64,000 nucleotides of DNA from the IMG/VR virus record IMGVR_UViG_3300046694_000619. The stretch is one strand, 5' to 3'. Under the pieces are notes generated by a model that made no database searches, was not told the origin of the DNA, and saw nothing but the letters and a program-made list of their open reading frames with translations. Numbering within the stretch: position 1 is the first letter of the stretch; each line of letters begins with the position of its first letter. Below are positions 9,985 through 17,027 of the stretch, piece by piece. Both the position numbers and the translations under genes were made by a program. The DNA is from a virus. Its lineage: Duplodnaviria; Caudoviricetes.

Positions 9985-11367
9985 ATGAACTCCTTGCTCA
10001 TCCCAAATCCGAGCCAGCCCCACGATACTTACCGGATTCTGGTGGCAGACGATTCCCCGGTCCTCCGGGGCGTTTTCCGGTCCTTCAATACCGGTGAGGT
10101 GATTGTGCGCGACGTGGTTACAGACCGCCCGGCCCTCATTCGAGCCTTGAAGGATGCGCACGACCTTGACGCCGTGCTGTGTTCCGACCATCTGGCCGGC
10201 CGCTACGGCGGCGTCCTCGCCCTCAATGAGCTTCGCGAGAGCAAGCTGCTGCCACACGAAACCGCCTTCATCATGATGAGCGGTGACGCACGCCGGTCCA
10301 ACCTGATGGTGGACATCGAGGCGAAGCCCGACAGCATCCTGCTCAAGCCGTTTGCGCCCGCGACGCTTGTGCGCAAGCTGGCTCAAACGGTGCCGGTGCG
10401 TCGCGCGCTGGCCCATGTGCGCCGGCAGGCCGACGCTCAGAACTGGGGCGACGTCCTGCGCGTGACTAACCGGATGCTGGAGGAGGGCACGGACTTCCCG
10501 ACGGCTGTGCTATCGCTCAAACTGGAGGCGCTGAGCAAGCTCGGGCAGCACGATGTAGTCATGGCCCTGTACGAGACCATCCTGGAGAACTCGCCCAGGT
10601 CGGTCGCGCTCCTCGAGCCTATCGCGCGCTATGCCTACGACCAAGGCCAGCTGGTGAACGCAGAGAAGACGCTTGTGCGCATGTTGGCGCTGCAGCCGGC
10701 AAACTGCTTCGCAGCGGACCTGCTCGCAGACATCAAGCTCGAGCGCGGCGACTCGGTCGGGGCGCAGCTCCAGCTGCATCAGGCACTGCGGCACTCGCCT
10801 AATAGTATTGGGCGCCACCGTGCGCTCGGTCACATTGCGCTGCTCAACAACGACCTGGTTACGGCACAGCGCGCATATGCGGCCGCGATGCGACTCAATG
10901 CGGAAACATTCGGGCTCAGCGAGGTCGACGTCGCGAACGTTGTACGTGCTCTGTTGCTTAACGGCGACAACCTGCACGCCAATCGAGCCATCCGCGACGC
11001 ACGGCATGTATTGCGGGAAAACCTGGTGCTCGACGTGCTTCAGCAGCTCACCGAGGCTATGCTGTATCGCGAGTTTGACTCCTTCGGCCGGACGCAGCAA
11101 CGCGTACAGCAAGGCATCGCGCTCCTGGAGCGCACCATCCTGCCCGACAATGGCGTAATGCTTTTGGCAGCCACGGAAGCGAGCTTGATGGCGTCACTTG
11201 CACATCGCGGGTACCAGCTCAGTTCTGCGTTACTGAACAAGCGTTCGCATGTTAAGTTGCATCCTGCACAAAAAAGATGGGCCGAGAAGCTTCACAAGTG
11301 GTCCAGAGATGTGCACAATGAAGTTCTGCCGGAAGGCATGTTGCAGTATCAGCAGTACATGCAGTAA
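9985..11367 (+). CDS. response-regulator receiver plus TPR domain protein
   Basis: ILVADD...LLKPF receiver followed by TPR helices; ATG abuts the T4CP stop. Confidence 0.75.
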   Translation: MNSLLIPNPSQPHDTYRILVADDSPVLRGVFRSFNTGEVIVRDVVTDRPALIRALKDAHDLDAVLCSDHLAGRYGGVLALNELRESKLLPHETAFIMMSGDARRSNLMVDIEAKPDSILLKPFAPATLVRKLAQTVPVRRALAHVRRQADAQNWGDVLRVTNRMLEEGTDFPTAVLSLKLEALSKLGQHDVVMALYETILENSPRSVALLEPIARYAYDQGQLVNAEKTLVRMLALQPANCFAADLLADIKLERGDSVGAQLQLHQALRHSPNSIGRHRALGHIALLNNDLVTAQRAYAAAMRLNAETFGLSEVDVANVVRALLLNGDNLHANRAIRDARHVLRENLVLDVLQQLTEAMLYREFDSFGRTQQRVQQGIALLERTILPDNGVMLLAATEASLMASLAHRGYQLSSALLNKRSHVKLHPAQKRWAEKLHKWSRDVHNEVLPEGMLQYQQYMQ

Positions 11368-11448
11368 GTAACTCATTGATTTTGTTGGTGAGTTAAGTGT
11401 TAACACTTAGACGCGCGAAAATATTTTCAACTTTTTTGAATTTGAGTG

Positions 11449-11476
11449 TTGACATGCAGGTTGGTGGTGCTATACT
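11449..11476 (+). promoter_or_regulatory. sigma70 promoter of the tRNA operon (rrn P1-like)
   Basis: TTGACA-16 nt-TATACT with extended TG; AT-rich upstream. Confidence 0.85.
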
Positions 11477-11552
11477 AGCTCACATGGTCCTCATAACCGA
11501 GGACTGAAACCAGCAGTAAACCCAATTTACGAACATTTACGGAATCGAAATC

Positions 11553-11729
11553 ATGACACGCAGCCTCCGCCCAATCAACGCCGCCTCCACGCTTAATGCG
11601 TGGAATGGCGTTGTGCGCGTCGGATTCTCGCCGTCGAAAGATTGCGGTTTTAGCGCACTGAGCCTGGGCTTGGGTTATCAACCCGAGCATATTCAGGAAC
11701 AGGTGCATTCCGGGAGGAAGGGCAGATAA
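11553..11729 (+). CDS. putative attenuator leader peptide, 58 aa
   Basis: MTRSLRPINAASTLNAWNGVVRVGFSPSKDCGFSALSLGLGYQPEHIQEQVHSGRKGR; its 3' codons are complementary to the terminator 5' arm. Confidence 0.65.
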   Translation: MTRSLRPINAASTLNAWNGVVRVGFSPSKDCGFSALSLGLGYQPEHIQEQVHSGRKGR

Positions 11730-11758
11730 TATCGCCTAGACCTCAAGGTTCAAGACAG

Positions 11759-11798
11759 AACCCCCGGAATGCGCAAGCACCCGGGGGTTTTTGTTTTT
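11759..11798 (+). terminator. intrinsic terminator / attenuator hairpin
   Basis: AACCCCCGG..TGC GCAA GCA..CCGGGGG followed by TTTTTGTTTTT. Confidence 0.85.
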
Positions 11799-12046
11799 AA
11801 CCACCAAACAACGTGCCAAACGGAACGAGACCGTGGCCAGCACGATACCGGCAAAGCCGGATGGCAAATGGGCGGGGTCCCGGATTGAAACTGCGGAGGA
11901 AACGCAGGAGTAAAATGGGCATGCGGAGGGACGACCTCCGCACTTTTTCAAGGGTCTTGTCGACTTGTTAACCCGAGTAGGGTCCTTGAAAAAGCGATGA
12001 CGCAGTCGCTTGATTGCGAAATTTACGTTTTCATGTGATACATGAC

Positions 12047-12122
12047 GCCGGTTTAGCTCAGATGGAAGAGCTACTGTTTTGTAAACAGAGGGTCACGGGT
12101 TCGAATCCTGTAGCCGGCACCA
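12047..12122 (+). tRNA. tRNA-Thr(TGT)
   Basis: cloverleaf, loop TT TGT AA, CCA. Confidence 0.9.
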
Positions 12123-12133
12123 CCCATCACGCT

Positions 12134-12210
12134 CGGGGCATAGCGCAGTCTGGTAGCGCGTCTGCATGGGGTGCAGAAGGCCGCAGGTTCGAATCCTGCT
12201 GTCCCGACCA
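12134..12210 (+). tRNA. tRNA-Pro(GGG)
   Basis: cloverleaf, loop AT GGG GT, CCA. Confidence 0.92.
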
Positions 12211-12220
12211 ACGGTTCAAT

Positions 12221-12296
12221 GCGGGTGTAGCTCAGATGGTAGAGCAGAAGCCTTCCAAGCTTAGTGTCGCGAGTTCGATTCTCGTCGCCCGCTCCA
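12221..12296 (+). tRNA. tRNA-Gly(TCC)
   Basis: cloverleaf, CT TCC AA, U73, CCA. Confidence 0.93.
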
Positions 12297-12427
12297 GTTC
12301 CTTGTTGTCGCAGTCATGCGTTAAATGGCGTCTGCCGGTTGTCCTCTCTCCGGCGCGGTCACTGCGATAAGTGACGTGCTGGCAGGCAAGCTGCAAGCCG
12401 TGCTGACGGGAATCAGCGCGCAACGCT

Positions 12428-12511
12428 GCCCAGGTGGTGAAATGGAAGACACGCTGGTTTCAGAAGCCAGTGGCGAAAGCTGTGAGGGTTCGAGTCCCTC
12501 CCTGGGCACCA
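12428..12511 (+). tRNA. tRNA-Leu(CAG)
   Basis: class II cloverleaf, TT CAG AA, CCA. Confidence 0.92.
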
Positions 12512-12564
12512 TTAGTACAACTTACATGTAGTAGGTCGCAATCACTGCATGTTTTCGCTTCAAC

Positions 12565-12650
12565 GGGGATGTGGCTGAGTGGCCGAAGGCGGCGGACTGT
12601 AAATCCGTTCTGTAAAAAGCGCGATGGTTCGAATCCATCCGTCCCCACCA
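12565..12650 (+). tRNA. tRNA-Tyr(GTA)
   Basis: class II, CT GTA AA, CCA. Confidence 0.92.
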
Positions 12651-12665
12651 CGATTTTTTTGCAAT

Positions 12666-12742
12666 GCCTAGGTAGCTCAGCATGGTAGAGCGCCGTCTTG
12701 ATAAGGCGAGGGTCGCTGGTTCAAATCCAGCTCTAGGTACCA
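12666..12742 (+). tRNA. tRNA-Ile(GAT)
   Basis: TT GAT AA, CCA. Confidence 0.88.
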
Positions 12743-12752
12743 GTTTCACAAT

Positions 12753-12829
12753 TGGCCAGTAGCTCAGTTCGGTAGAGCGCTCCGCTGTTAACGGAAGGGT
12801 CACGGGTTCGAAGCCTGTCTGGCCAGCCA
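12753..12829 (+). tRNA. tRNA-Asn(GTT)
   Basis: U1-A72, CT GTT AA, G73, CCA. Confidence 0.9.
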
Positions 12830-12838
12830 ATTTACGAT

Positions 12839-12924
12839 GCACGTGTGGCCGAGCGGTTGAAGGCACTGGGCTGCAAACCCAGCGATGAAACTCCACGCCA
12901 GTTCGAATCTGGCCACGTGCTCCA
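12839..12924 (+). tRNA. tRNA-Cys(GCA) with long variable region
   Basis: CT GCA AA, U73, 14-nt variable region, CCA. Confidence 0.88.
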
Positions 12925-12951
12925 GTCGCTGTTGCTAGTTGTACGAATAAT

Positions 12952-13037
12952 GCACGCGTAGCCAAGAGGTCGAAGGCACAGGTCCGCAAAACCTACGACG
13001 CAAGTCCACGTCAGTTCGAATCTGACCGCGTGCTCCA
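12952..13037 (+). tRNA. tRNA-Cys(GCA) with long variable arm and C33
   Basis: CC GCA AA, variable hairpin GAC-GCAA-GTC, U73, CCA. Confidence 0.82.
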
Positions 13038-13060
13038 GTAGTTCCTGAAGTTTGCTTTGC

Positions 13061-13134
13061 TCCGGTGTAGCTCAGTTCGGTAGAGCGCCTGGCTGTTAAC
13101 CAGGATGTCGGTGGTTCGAACCCACTCTCCGGAG
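13061..13134 (+). tRNA. tRNA-Asn(GTT), CCA not encoded
   Basis: CT GTT AA; flanks TTTGCTTTGC/GCAAAGCAAA extend the acceptor stem. Confidence 0.88.
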
Positions 13135-13151
13135 CAAAGCAAAGTTTCAAT

Positions 13152-13228
13152 GCTCGGATAGCTCAGTTTGGTAGAGCGCCGGCCCGATAAGCCGTAGGTC
13201 GCTGGTTCAAATCCAGCTCCGAGTACCA
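13152..13228 (+). tRNA. tRNA-Ile(GAT) with C33
   Basis: CC GAT AA, CCA. Confidence 0.85.
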
Positions 13229-13236
13229 AGTTTTCT

Positions 13237-13312
13237 GCGGGAATAGCTCAGTTGGTAGAGCGCAACCTTGCCAAGGTTGAGGTCGCGAGTTCGAGACTCG
13301 TTTCCCGCTCCA
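13237..13312 (+). tRNA. tRNA-Gly(GCC)
   Basis: canonical proteobacterial-type sequence, CCA. Confidence 0.95.
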
Positions 13313-13323
13313 GGTTTGCCCTT

Positions 13324-13400
13324 GCAGGGGTAGCTCAGTTGGCTAGAGCATCTGCTTGCCATGCAGAAGGTCGCGAGTTCGAGTCTCGTTCCCTGCTCCA
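13324..13400 (+). tRNA. tRNA-Gly(GCC), divergent copy
   Basis: TT GCC AT, U73, CCA. Confidence 0.9.
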
Positions 13401-13408
13401 GTTTCATC

Positions 13409-13506
13409 GCCGAGATAGTCCGGTCGGTGCCGGTACGAATCCATAAGAGTTGTCGCTTGGTGACCCAGGCGCAGCCCACGCAGTTCGACTCTGCGTCTCG
13501 GCTCCA
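13409..13506 (+). ncRNA. YrlA-like Y RNA (tRNA mimic)
   Basis: Acceptor GCCGAGA/TCTCGGC + TCCA, T arm CGCAG TTCGACT CTGCG, long stem with GTACGAA / TTGTCGC resembling the Ro60-binding helix; no anticodon arm. Confidence 0.65.
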
Positions 13507-13515
13507 GCTTCATTT

Positions 13516-13592
13516 GCGGTAGTAGCTCAGCTGGTTAGAGCGCCGGCCTGTCGAGCCGGGGGTCACGGGTTCGAGTCCCGTCTGCCGCGCCA
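13516..13592 (+). tRNA. tRNA-Asp(GTC)
   Basis: CT GTC GA, G73, CCA. Confidence 0.92.
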
Positions 13593-13604
13593 GTTTCACC
13601 CGAT

Positions 13605-13680
13605 GTTCCGTTGGACTTTTGGTAAGGTCAGCAGGCTTTCAACCTGCGCAAGCTCGGTTCGAATCCGGCACGGAACTCCA
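13605..13680 (+). tRNA. tRNA-Glu(TTC), divergent
   Basis: CT TTC AA, U73, CCA. Confidence 0.82.
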
Positions 13681-13689
13681 GATTACATT

Positions 13690-13765
13690 GCTCCGTTAAC
13701 TCAGCGGCCAGAGTGCGTCCCTGTCCAGGACGAAGCCGAGGGTTCGACTCCCTCACGGGGCGCCA
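13690..13765 (+). tRNA. tRNA-Asp(GTC) with C37
   Basis: CT GTC CA, G73, CCA. Confidence 0.85.
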
Positions 13766-13775
13766 GTTTCACAGC

Positions 13776-13851
13776 AGGGGGTAAATCGATTGGAGCAGAT
13801 ACTTGGCTTTGACCCAAGGTGAGTCGGGTTCGATTCCCACACCCCCTTCCA
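13776..13851 (+). tRNA. tRNA-Gln(TTG), divergent D arm
   Basis: CTTGG CT TTG AC CCAAG, CCA. Confidence 0.75.
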
Positions 13852-13863
13852 AAAAATCACAAC

Positions 13864-13939
13864 GTGCGCTTCGTCTAGTGGCCCAGGACCCCGTCTAACA
13901 AGGCGGGAGACACAGGTTCGAATCCTGTAGCGCGCTCCA
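13864..13939 (+). tRNA. tRNA with Glu-like body and a non-7-nt anticodon loop (identity undetermined)
   Basis: D arm GTCTAGTGGCCCAGGAC; arm CCCGTCTAACAAGGCGGG folds to a 6- or 8-nt loop; CCA. Confidence 0.7.
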
Positions 13940-13959
13940 GTAACAACAAAGCACATTGC

Positions 13960-14032
13960 ATGACTGTGGCGCAATTGGCAGCGCAGCGGTCTCCAAAACC
14001 GAAGGTTGAGAGTTCGACCCTCTCCAGTCATG
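13960..14032 (+). tRNA. tRNA-Trp(CCA), 3' CCA not encoded
   Basis: CT CCA AA, G73; self-complementary flanks. Confidence 0.88.
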
Positions 14033-14051
14033 CAATGTGTTTTCCCCCTGT

Positions 14052-14128
14052 CTGGGCGTAATGTCAGTTGGTAGACGGCCGGCTTTGGAAGCCGGAGGCC
14101 GCAGGTTCGAGTCCTGTCGCCCAGACCA
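14052..14128 (+). tRNA. tRNA-Pro(TGG)
   Basis: C1-G72, TT TGG AA, CCA. Confidence 0.88.
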
Positions 14129-14140
14129 AATTTTTTCAAC

Positions 14141-14217
14141 ACTCGGGTCGTCTAGCTGGCCTAGGACACCGCCCTTTCAAGGCGGGCACGCGGGTTCGAA
14201 TCCCGTCCCGAGTACCA
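14141..14217 (+). tRNA. tRNA-Glu(TTC)
   Basis: CT TTC AA, Glu-type D arm, CCA. Confidence 0.9.
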
Positions 14218-14233
14218 AATTTCGAGGACAGTC

Positions 14234-14779
14234 ATGTTGACGTGCGTGAATTATAGGCCCGGCTTCGTGGCCAATCCGAATCCGATTTTCGATGCGCTGT
14301 GGTCCGAGCTGGACTGGGAGCGCAGAGGCTCGACGCCCAGGCGTGAGTATTACTGCAACGACGTCGGCGTGCCGTATGTCTATGGCCGCGGCGCCGGCGT
14401 ACGGGAATACCTGCCCAAGGCCATGCATCCCGCCCTGGCTGCCCTGAAAGGCGAGACGGAAGCCGCACTGAGCACCAAGTTCGAAGTGGCCTTTCTGAAC
14501 GGCTACGAGGACGCCCGCGACAGCTTGGGCTGGCACGCGGATGACAGCGAGTCGATGGATGACAATCGTCCCATCGCCATCCTGACGCTGGGCGCGGAAC
14601 GCGAAATCTGGTTCTGCCGCAACACCGACCGCTCCGACATCACGAAGCTGGTGCTGGGCAACGGCAGCCTGTGCGTCATGGCGCCGGGCATGCAAGATAC
14701 CCACCTGCACAGAATCCCCAAGGCGGGGTTCGAGTGCGGCCCGCGTATCAGTATTACATTCAGGGGTTACGTAGCGTAG
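14234..14779 (+). CDS. alkB: AlkB-family 2OG-Fe(II) dioxygenase (ALKBH2/3-like)
   Basis: LNGYEDARDSLGWHADD (HxD), H.IPK, RISITFR. Confidence 0.88.
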   Translation: MLTCVNYRPGFVANPNPIFDALWSELDWERRGSTPRREYYCNDVGVPYVYGRGAGVREYLPKAMHPALAALKGETEAALSTKFEVAFLNGYEDARDSLGWHADDSESMDDNRPIAILTLGAEREIWFCRNTDRSDITKLVLGNGSLCVMAPGMQDTHLHRIPKAGFECGPRISITFRGYVA

Positions 14780-14900
14780 TCCTGAAGGGGTTGCTTCATG
14801 CTGCCCTGGCGCCAGGTGTAGACCATCTGGCGCCGTCTCTACAAGTTGTCGTAGTGCCTATTGCATGGTATATTAAACTCCCCATCATAAGGAGTTTCCC

Positions 14901-15089
14901 ATGAATTACTCGACGGCTCTGTCGTTTGCTGTTCCGGTCTTGATGCTCATTGCAACCGTGAATCTGGTTGCGTACTGGGCTCGTAACGCAAAGAAGGTAG
15001 CTGACGCCCGGCTGCGTGCGCATTACGATGCGCACCCCGATAAGGCTGAAGCTCGTGCGCTGATGCGCGCAGCAGGCTACAACGTCTGA
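14901..15089 (+). CDS. small membrane protein
   Basis: AAGGAG RBS, N-terminal hydrophobic helix. Confidence 0.6.
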   Translation: MNYSTALSFAVPVLMLIATVNLVAYWARNAKKVADARLRAHYDAHPDKAEARALMRAAGYNV

Positions 15090-15147
15090 GCGTAACGCCG
15101 GCGTTGTGCTCCGTCCCAGGTCGGCCAACACCTGGAAAGAACACCTT

Positions 15148-15223
15148 GGGGGTGTAACTCAGTCGGTAGAGTGCCTGACTCTTAATCAGGAAGTCGCGAG
15201 TTCGAGCCTCGCCGCCCCCACCA
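15148..15223 (+). tRNA. tRNA-Lys(CTT)
   Basis: CT CTT AA, CCA. Confidence 0.93.
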
Positions 15224-15231
15224 CGATTACT

Positions 15232-15322
15232 GGAGAGCAAACCTGGCAGGGCTGGGCGCCGATTCGAAATCGGTTGGAGTGGCGAAAGCTGCTTGGGCTT
15301 CGAGTGCACCTGCTCTCCGCCA
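15232..15322 (+). tRNA. 8/4-type (allo-tRNA-like) tRNA-Ser(CGA)
   Basis: 8-bp acceptor GGAGAGCA/TGCTCTCC, short bulged T stem, long V arm, TT CGA AA, G73, CCA. Confidence 0.82.
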
Positions 15323-15328
15323 GACAAT

Positions 15329-15406
15329 AGGACCGTAGCTCAGTTGGACCAGAGCGCCGCGCTACGAACGCGGAGGTCGGGGATTCGAATTCCTCCGGTC
15401 CTACCA
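15329..15406 (+). tRNA. tRNA-Arg(ACG)
   Basis: CT ACG AA, CCA. Confidence 0.9.
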
Positions 15407-15417
15407 TTTCATTTCTT

Positions 15418-15493
15418 GCCTCGGTAGCTCAGCTGGTAGAGCACTGCACTGAAGATGCAGGTGTCGCTGGTTCGATTCCAGCTCGAGGCACCA
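15418..15493 (+). tRNA. tRNA-Phe(GAA)
   Basis: CT GAA GA, CCA. Confidence 0.92.
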
Positions 15494-15510
15494 CCTTCCG
15501 GAGCTTGTCT

Positions 15511-15837
15511 ATGGTCGCGTATCCCGTGAACTACACAGACGAGCAGCTTGGAAAAGCCTACGCGGCCGGGATGCTGCGAAAGACCAAGCTTGAGGATGGC
15601 CGCTATTACAGAGGCGAATGTCGAAACGCGAGCGTCGCGCGCTGGTGCGCCGAACTGCAAGCATTCGTGCACTGGACCTTCACGATGGGCGGCTGGCATC
15701 TGGACCTCATCCATCATCCCGACGACGAGAAACGGTATGACGTGTTTCTCGCGTTCGAACGCGTTGAACCTTCCGCAGACGACGTCATCGCTGACGCCGA
15801 ATACGAAGGGTTCGTCGCGATGTATCGCAAACAATGA
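15511..15837 (+). CDS. hypothetical protein (phage-like)
   Basis: GGAG RBS; LEDGRYYRGECRNASVARW. Confidence 0.7.
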   Translation: MVAYPVNYTDEQLGKAYAAGMLRKTKLEDGRYYRGECRNASVARWCAELQAFVHWTFTMGGWHLDLIHHPDDEKRYDVFLAFERVEPSADDVIADAEYEGFVAMYRKQ

Positions 15838-15848
15838 GACTGCAGCGG

Positions 15849-15925
15849 GGTGGCCGTCGCCAAGTGGTTAAGGCCCGCGGCTGTGACCCGCGCATGCATG
15901 GGTTCAAATCCCATCGGTCACCCCA
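15849..15925 (+). tRNA. tRNA-His(GTG)
   Basis: G-1:C73, CT GTG AC, CCA. Confidence 0.92.
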
Positions 15926-15988
15926 CTGCAGTCTCGGACAAAACGTTTTTTCAGTCAGGTTTTTCAATCAACCAACAGGAGCTTCGAT

Positions 15989-16240
15989 ATGCATCGAAAA
16001 CCGAAGCTGGCGCCGCGTAACCCGTTCGTGGCGTCCAGTCTGTTTCGCAAAGCGGGTACGCATGACAAGCCGCACAAGGCCACGCGCCGTGCGGACAAGA
16101 TGGACTTACGGCGTGTAGCTCAACTGGCAGAGCAAAGGGCTTTTACCCCTGAGGTTCTGGGTTCAACTCCCAGTGCGCCGACCATCCGAGACATCAAACA
16201 CATACCGATGTGCAGCAGCATTGCGCAGCTATCTGTTTGA
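15989..16240 (+). CDS. small basic protein whose frame runs through tRNA-Lys
   Basis: AGGAG RBS; 40 K/R/H-rich codons, then the tRNA begins exactly at codon 41. Confidence 0.6.
   Translation: MHRKPKLAPRNPFVASSLFRKAGTHDKPHKATRRADKMDLRRVAQLAEQRAFTPEVLGSTPSAPTIRDIKHIPMCSSIAQLSV
16109..16184 (+). tRNA. tRNA-Lys(TTT)
   Basis: CT TTT AC, CCA. Confidence 0.85.
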
Positions 16241-16268
16241 GGTTTCTCGTGTCGCAAGACACGCGATA

Positions 16269-16404
16269 GGTTTTGAATCGGCGGCGTGGATGGACACGCA
16301 GCAATCCGGACAAAGGCGAATACGACTAGCCAAGCCGGATTGTGTGGAAGTTGGCCAGTCGTGCTAGCACCAGCGGGTGTCGAAACCTGCACGTTTCAAA
16401 ACCA
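16269..16404 (+). ncRNA. tRNA-shell RNA with an internal pseudoknot
   Basis: Closing helix GGTTTTGAA/TTCAAAACC, GCGTG GATGGA CACGC hairpin, T-like hairpin, two crossing helices. Confidence 0.6.
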
Positions 16405-16407
16405 CAT

Positions 16408-16481
16408 GGGGGTGTAGCTCTAAGGTAGAGCGCCTGCTTTGCAAGCAGAGGGTCCGAATTCGATTTTCGGCGCCTCCACCA
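16408..16481 (+). tRNA. tRNA-Ala(TGC)
   Basis: G3:U70, TT TGC AA, CCA. Confidence 0.88.
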
Positions 16482-16489
16482 ATCTTCCT

Positions 16490-16619
16490 GGTGACGTAGC
16501 TCAGTCGGTAGAGCGCGGAATCCTGGGCCGGCTTCGCGTGGCGCTCCTTCGCTGCGCGGTGACTAATCGGCTCTTGGTTTGTTCCGAGGTCGGATGTTCG
16601 AACCATCCCGTCATCGCCA
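16490..16619 (+). ncRNA. tRNA-like RNA with the anticodon loop replaced by a ~60-nt hairpin
   Basis: Normal acceptor, D and T arms and CCA; CGGAA/TTCCG stem encloses a long insert. Confidence 0.75.
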
Positions 16620-16631
16620 AACACGTTGTAT

Positions 16632-16722
16632 GGAGAGTAAACCTGGCAGGGCCGGGCGCCGGTTGGAAGCCGGTCGGAGCGGCGAAAGCTGCTTGGGCTT
16701 CGAGTGCACCTACTCTCCGCCA
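16632..16722 (+). tRNA. 8/4-type tRNA-Ser(GGA)
   Basis: 8-bp acceptor; near-copy of 15232 with loop TT GGA AG. Confidence 0.82.
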
Positions 16723-16731
16723 TTCATTTTT

Positions 16732-16808
16732 GCTTCGGTAGCTCAGTCTGGTAGAGCGCTGCGTTGAAGGCGCAGGCGTCGTTGGTTCAATTCCAACCCG
16801 AAGCACCA
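16732..16808 (+). tRNA. tRNA-Phe(GAA)
   Basis: TT GAA GG, CCA. Confidence 0.9.
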
Positions 16809-16829
16809 CATACAGGAGGTTTTCTTCTC

Positions 16830-17027
16830 ATGGGAACGGTAAGCCTTCACGGCCTGCGTGTGCTACGCCTTGAAAGGGCGTTGCGTGCGAGAGGCGTAAA
16901 AGATGTGAAGCTGGTGGTCAACCCATCCGCTCACGTATCAAGAGACGCACTCACAGAGAGCGTTTGCCGGGTGCTCGAGGCCTACCTTGCGGGGAAGGTC
17001 ACGGCGCTACCGCGCGGCAGCTTCTGA
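16830..17027 (+). CDS. hypothetical protein
   Basis: AGGAGG RBS, 65 aa. Confidence 0.6.
   Translation: MGTVSLHGLRVLRLERALRARGVKDVKLVVNPSAHVSRDALTESVCRVLEAYLAGKVTALPRGSF

Noticed and set aside
12014-14256. Many short ORFs across the tRNA array
   Set aside because: Chance translations of tRNA genes
15232-15322. Selenocysteine tRNA
   Set aside because: The 8-bp acceptor is Sec-like, but all four such tRNAs have Ser anticodons rather than TCA, and no sel genes are present
16269-16404. tmRNA
   Set aside because: Lacks the GGGG..GATTCGAC start, G3:U70 acceptor and tag reading frame
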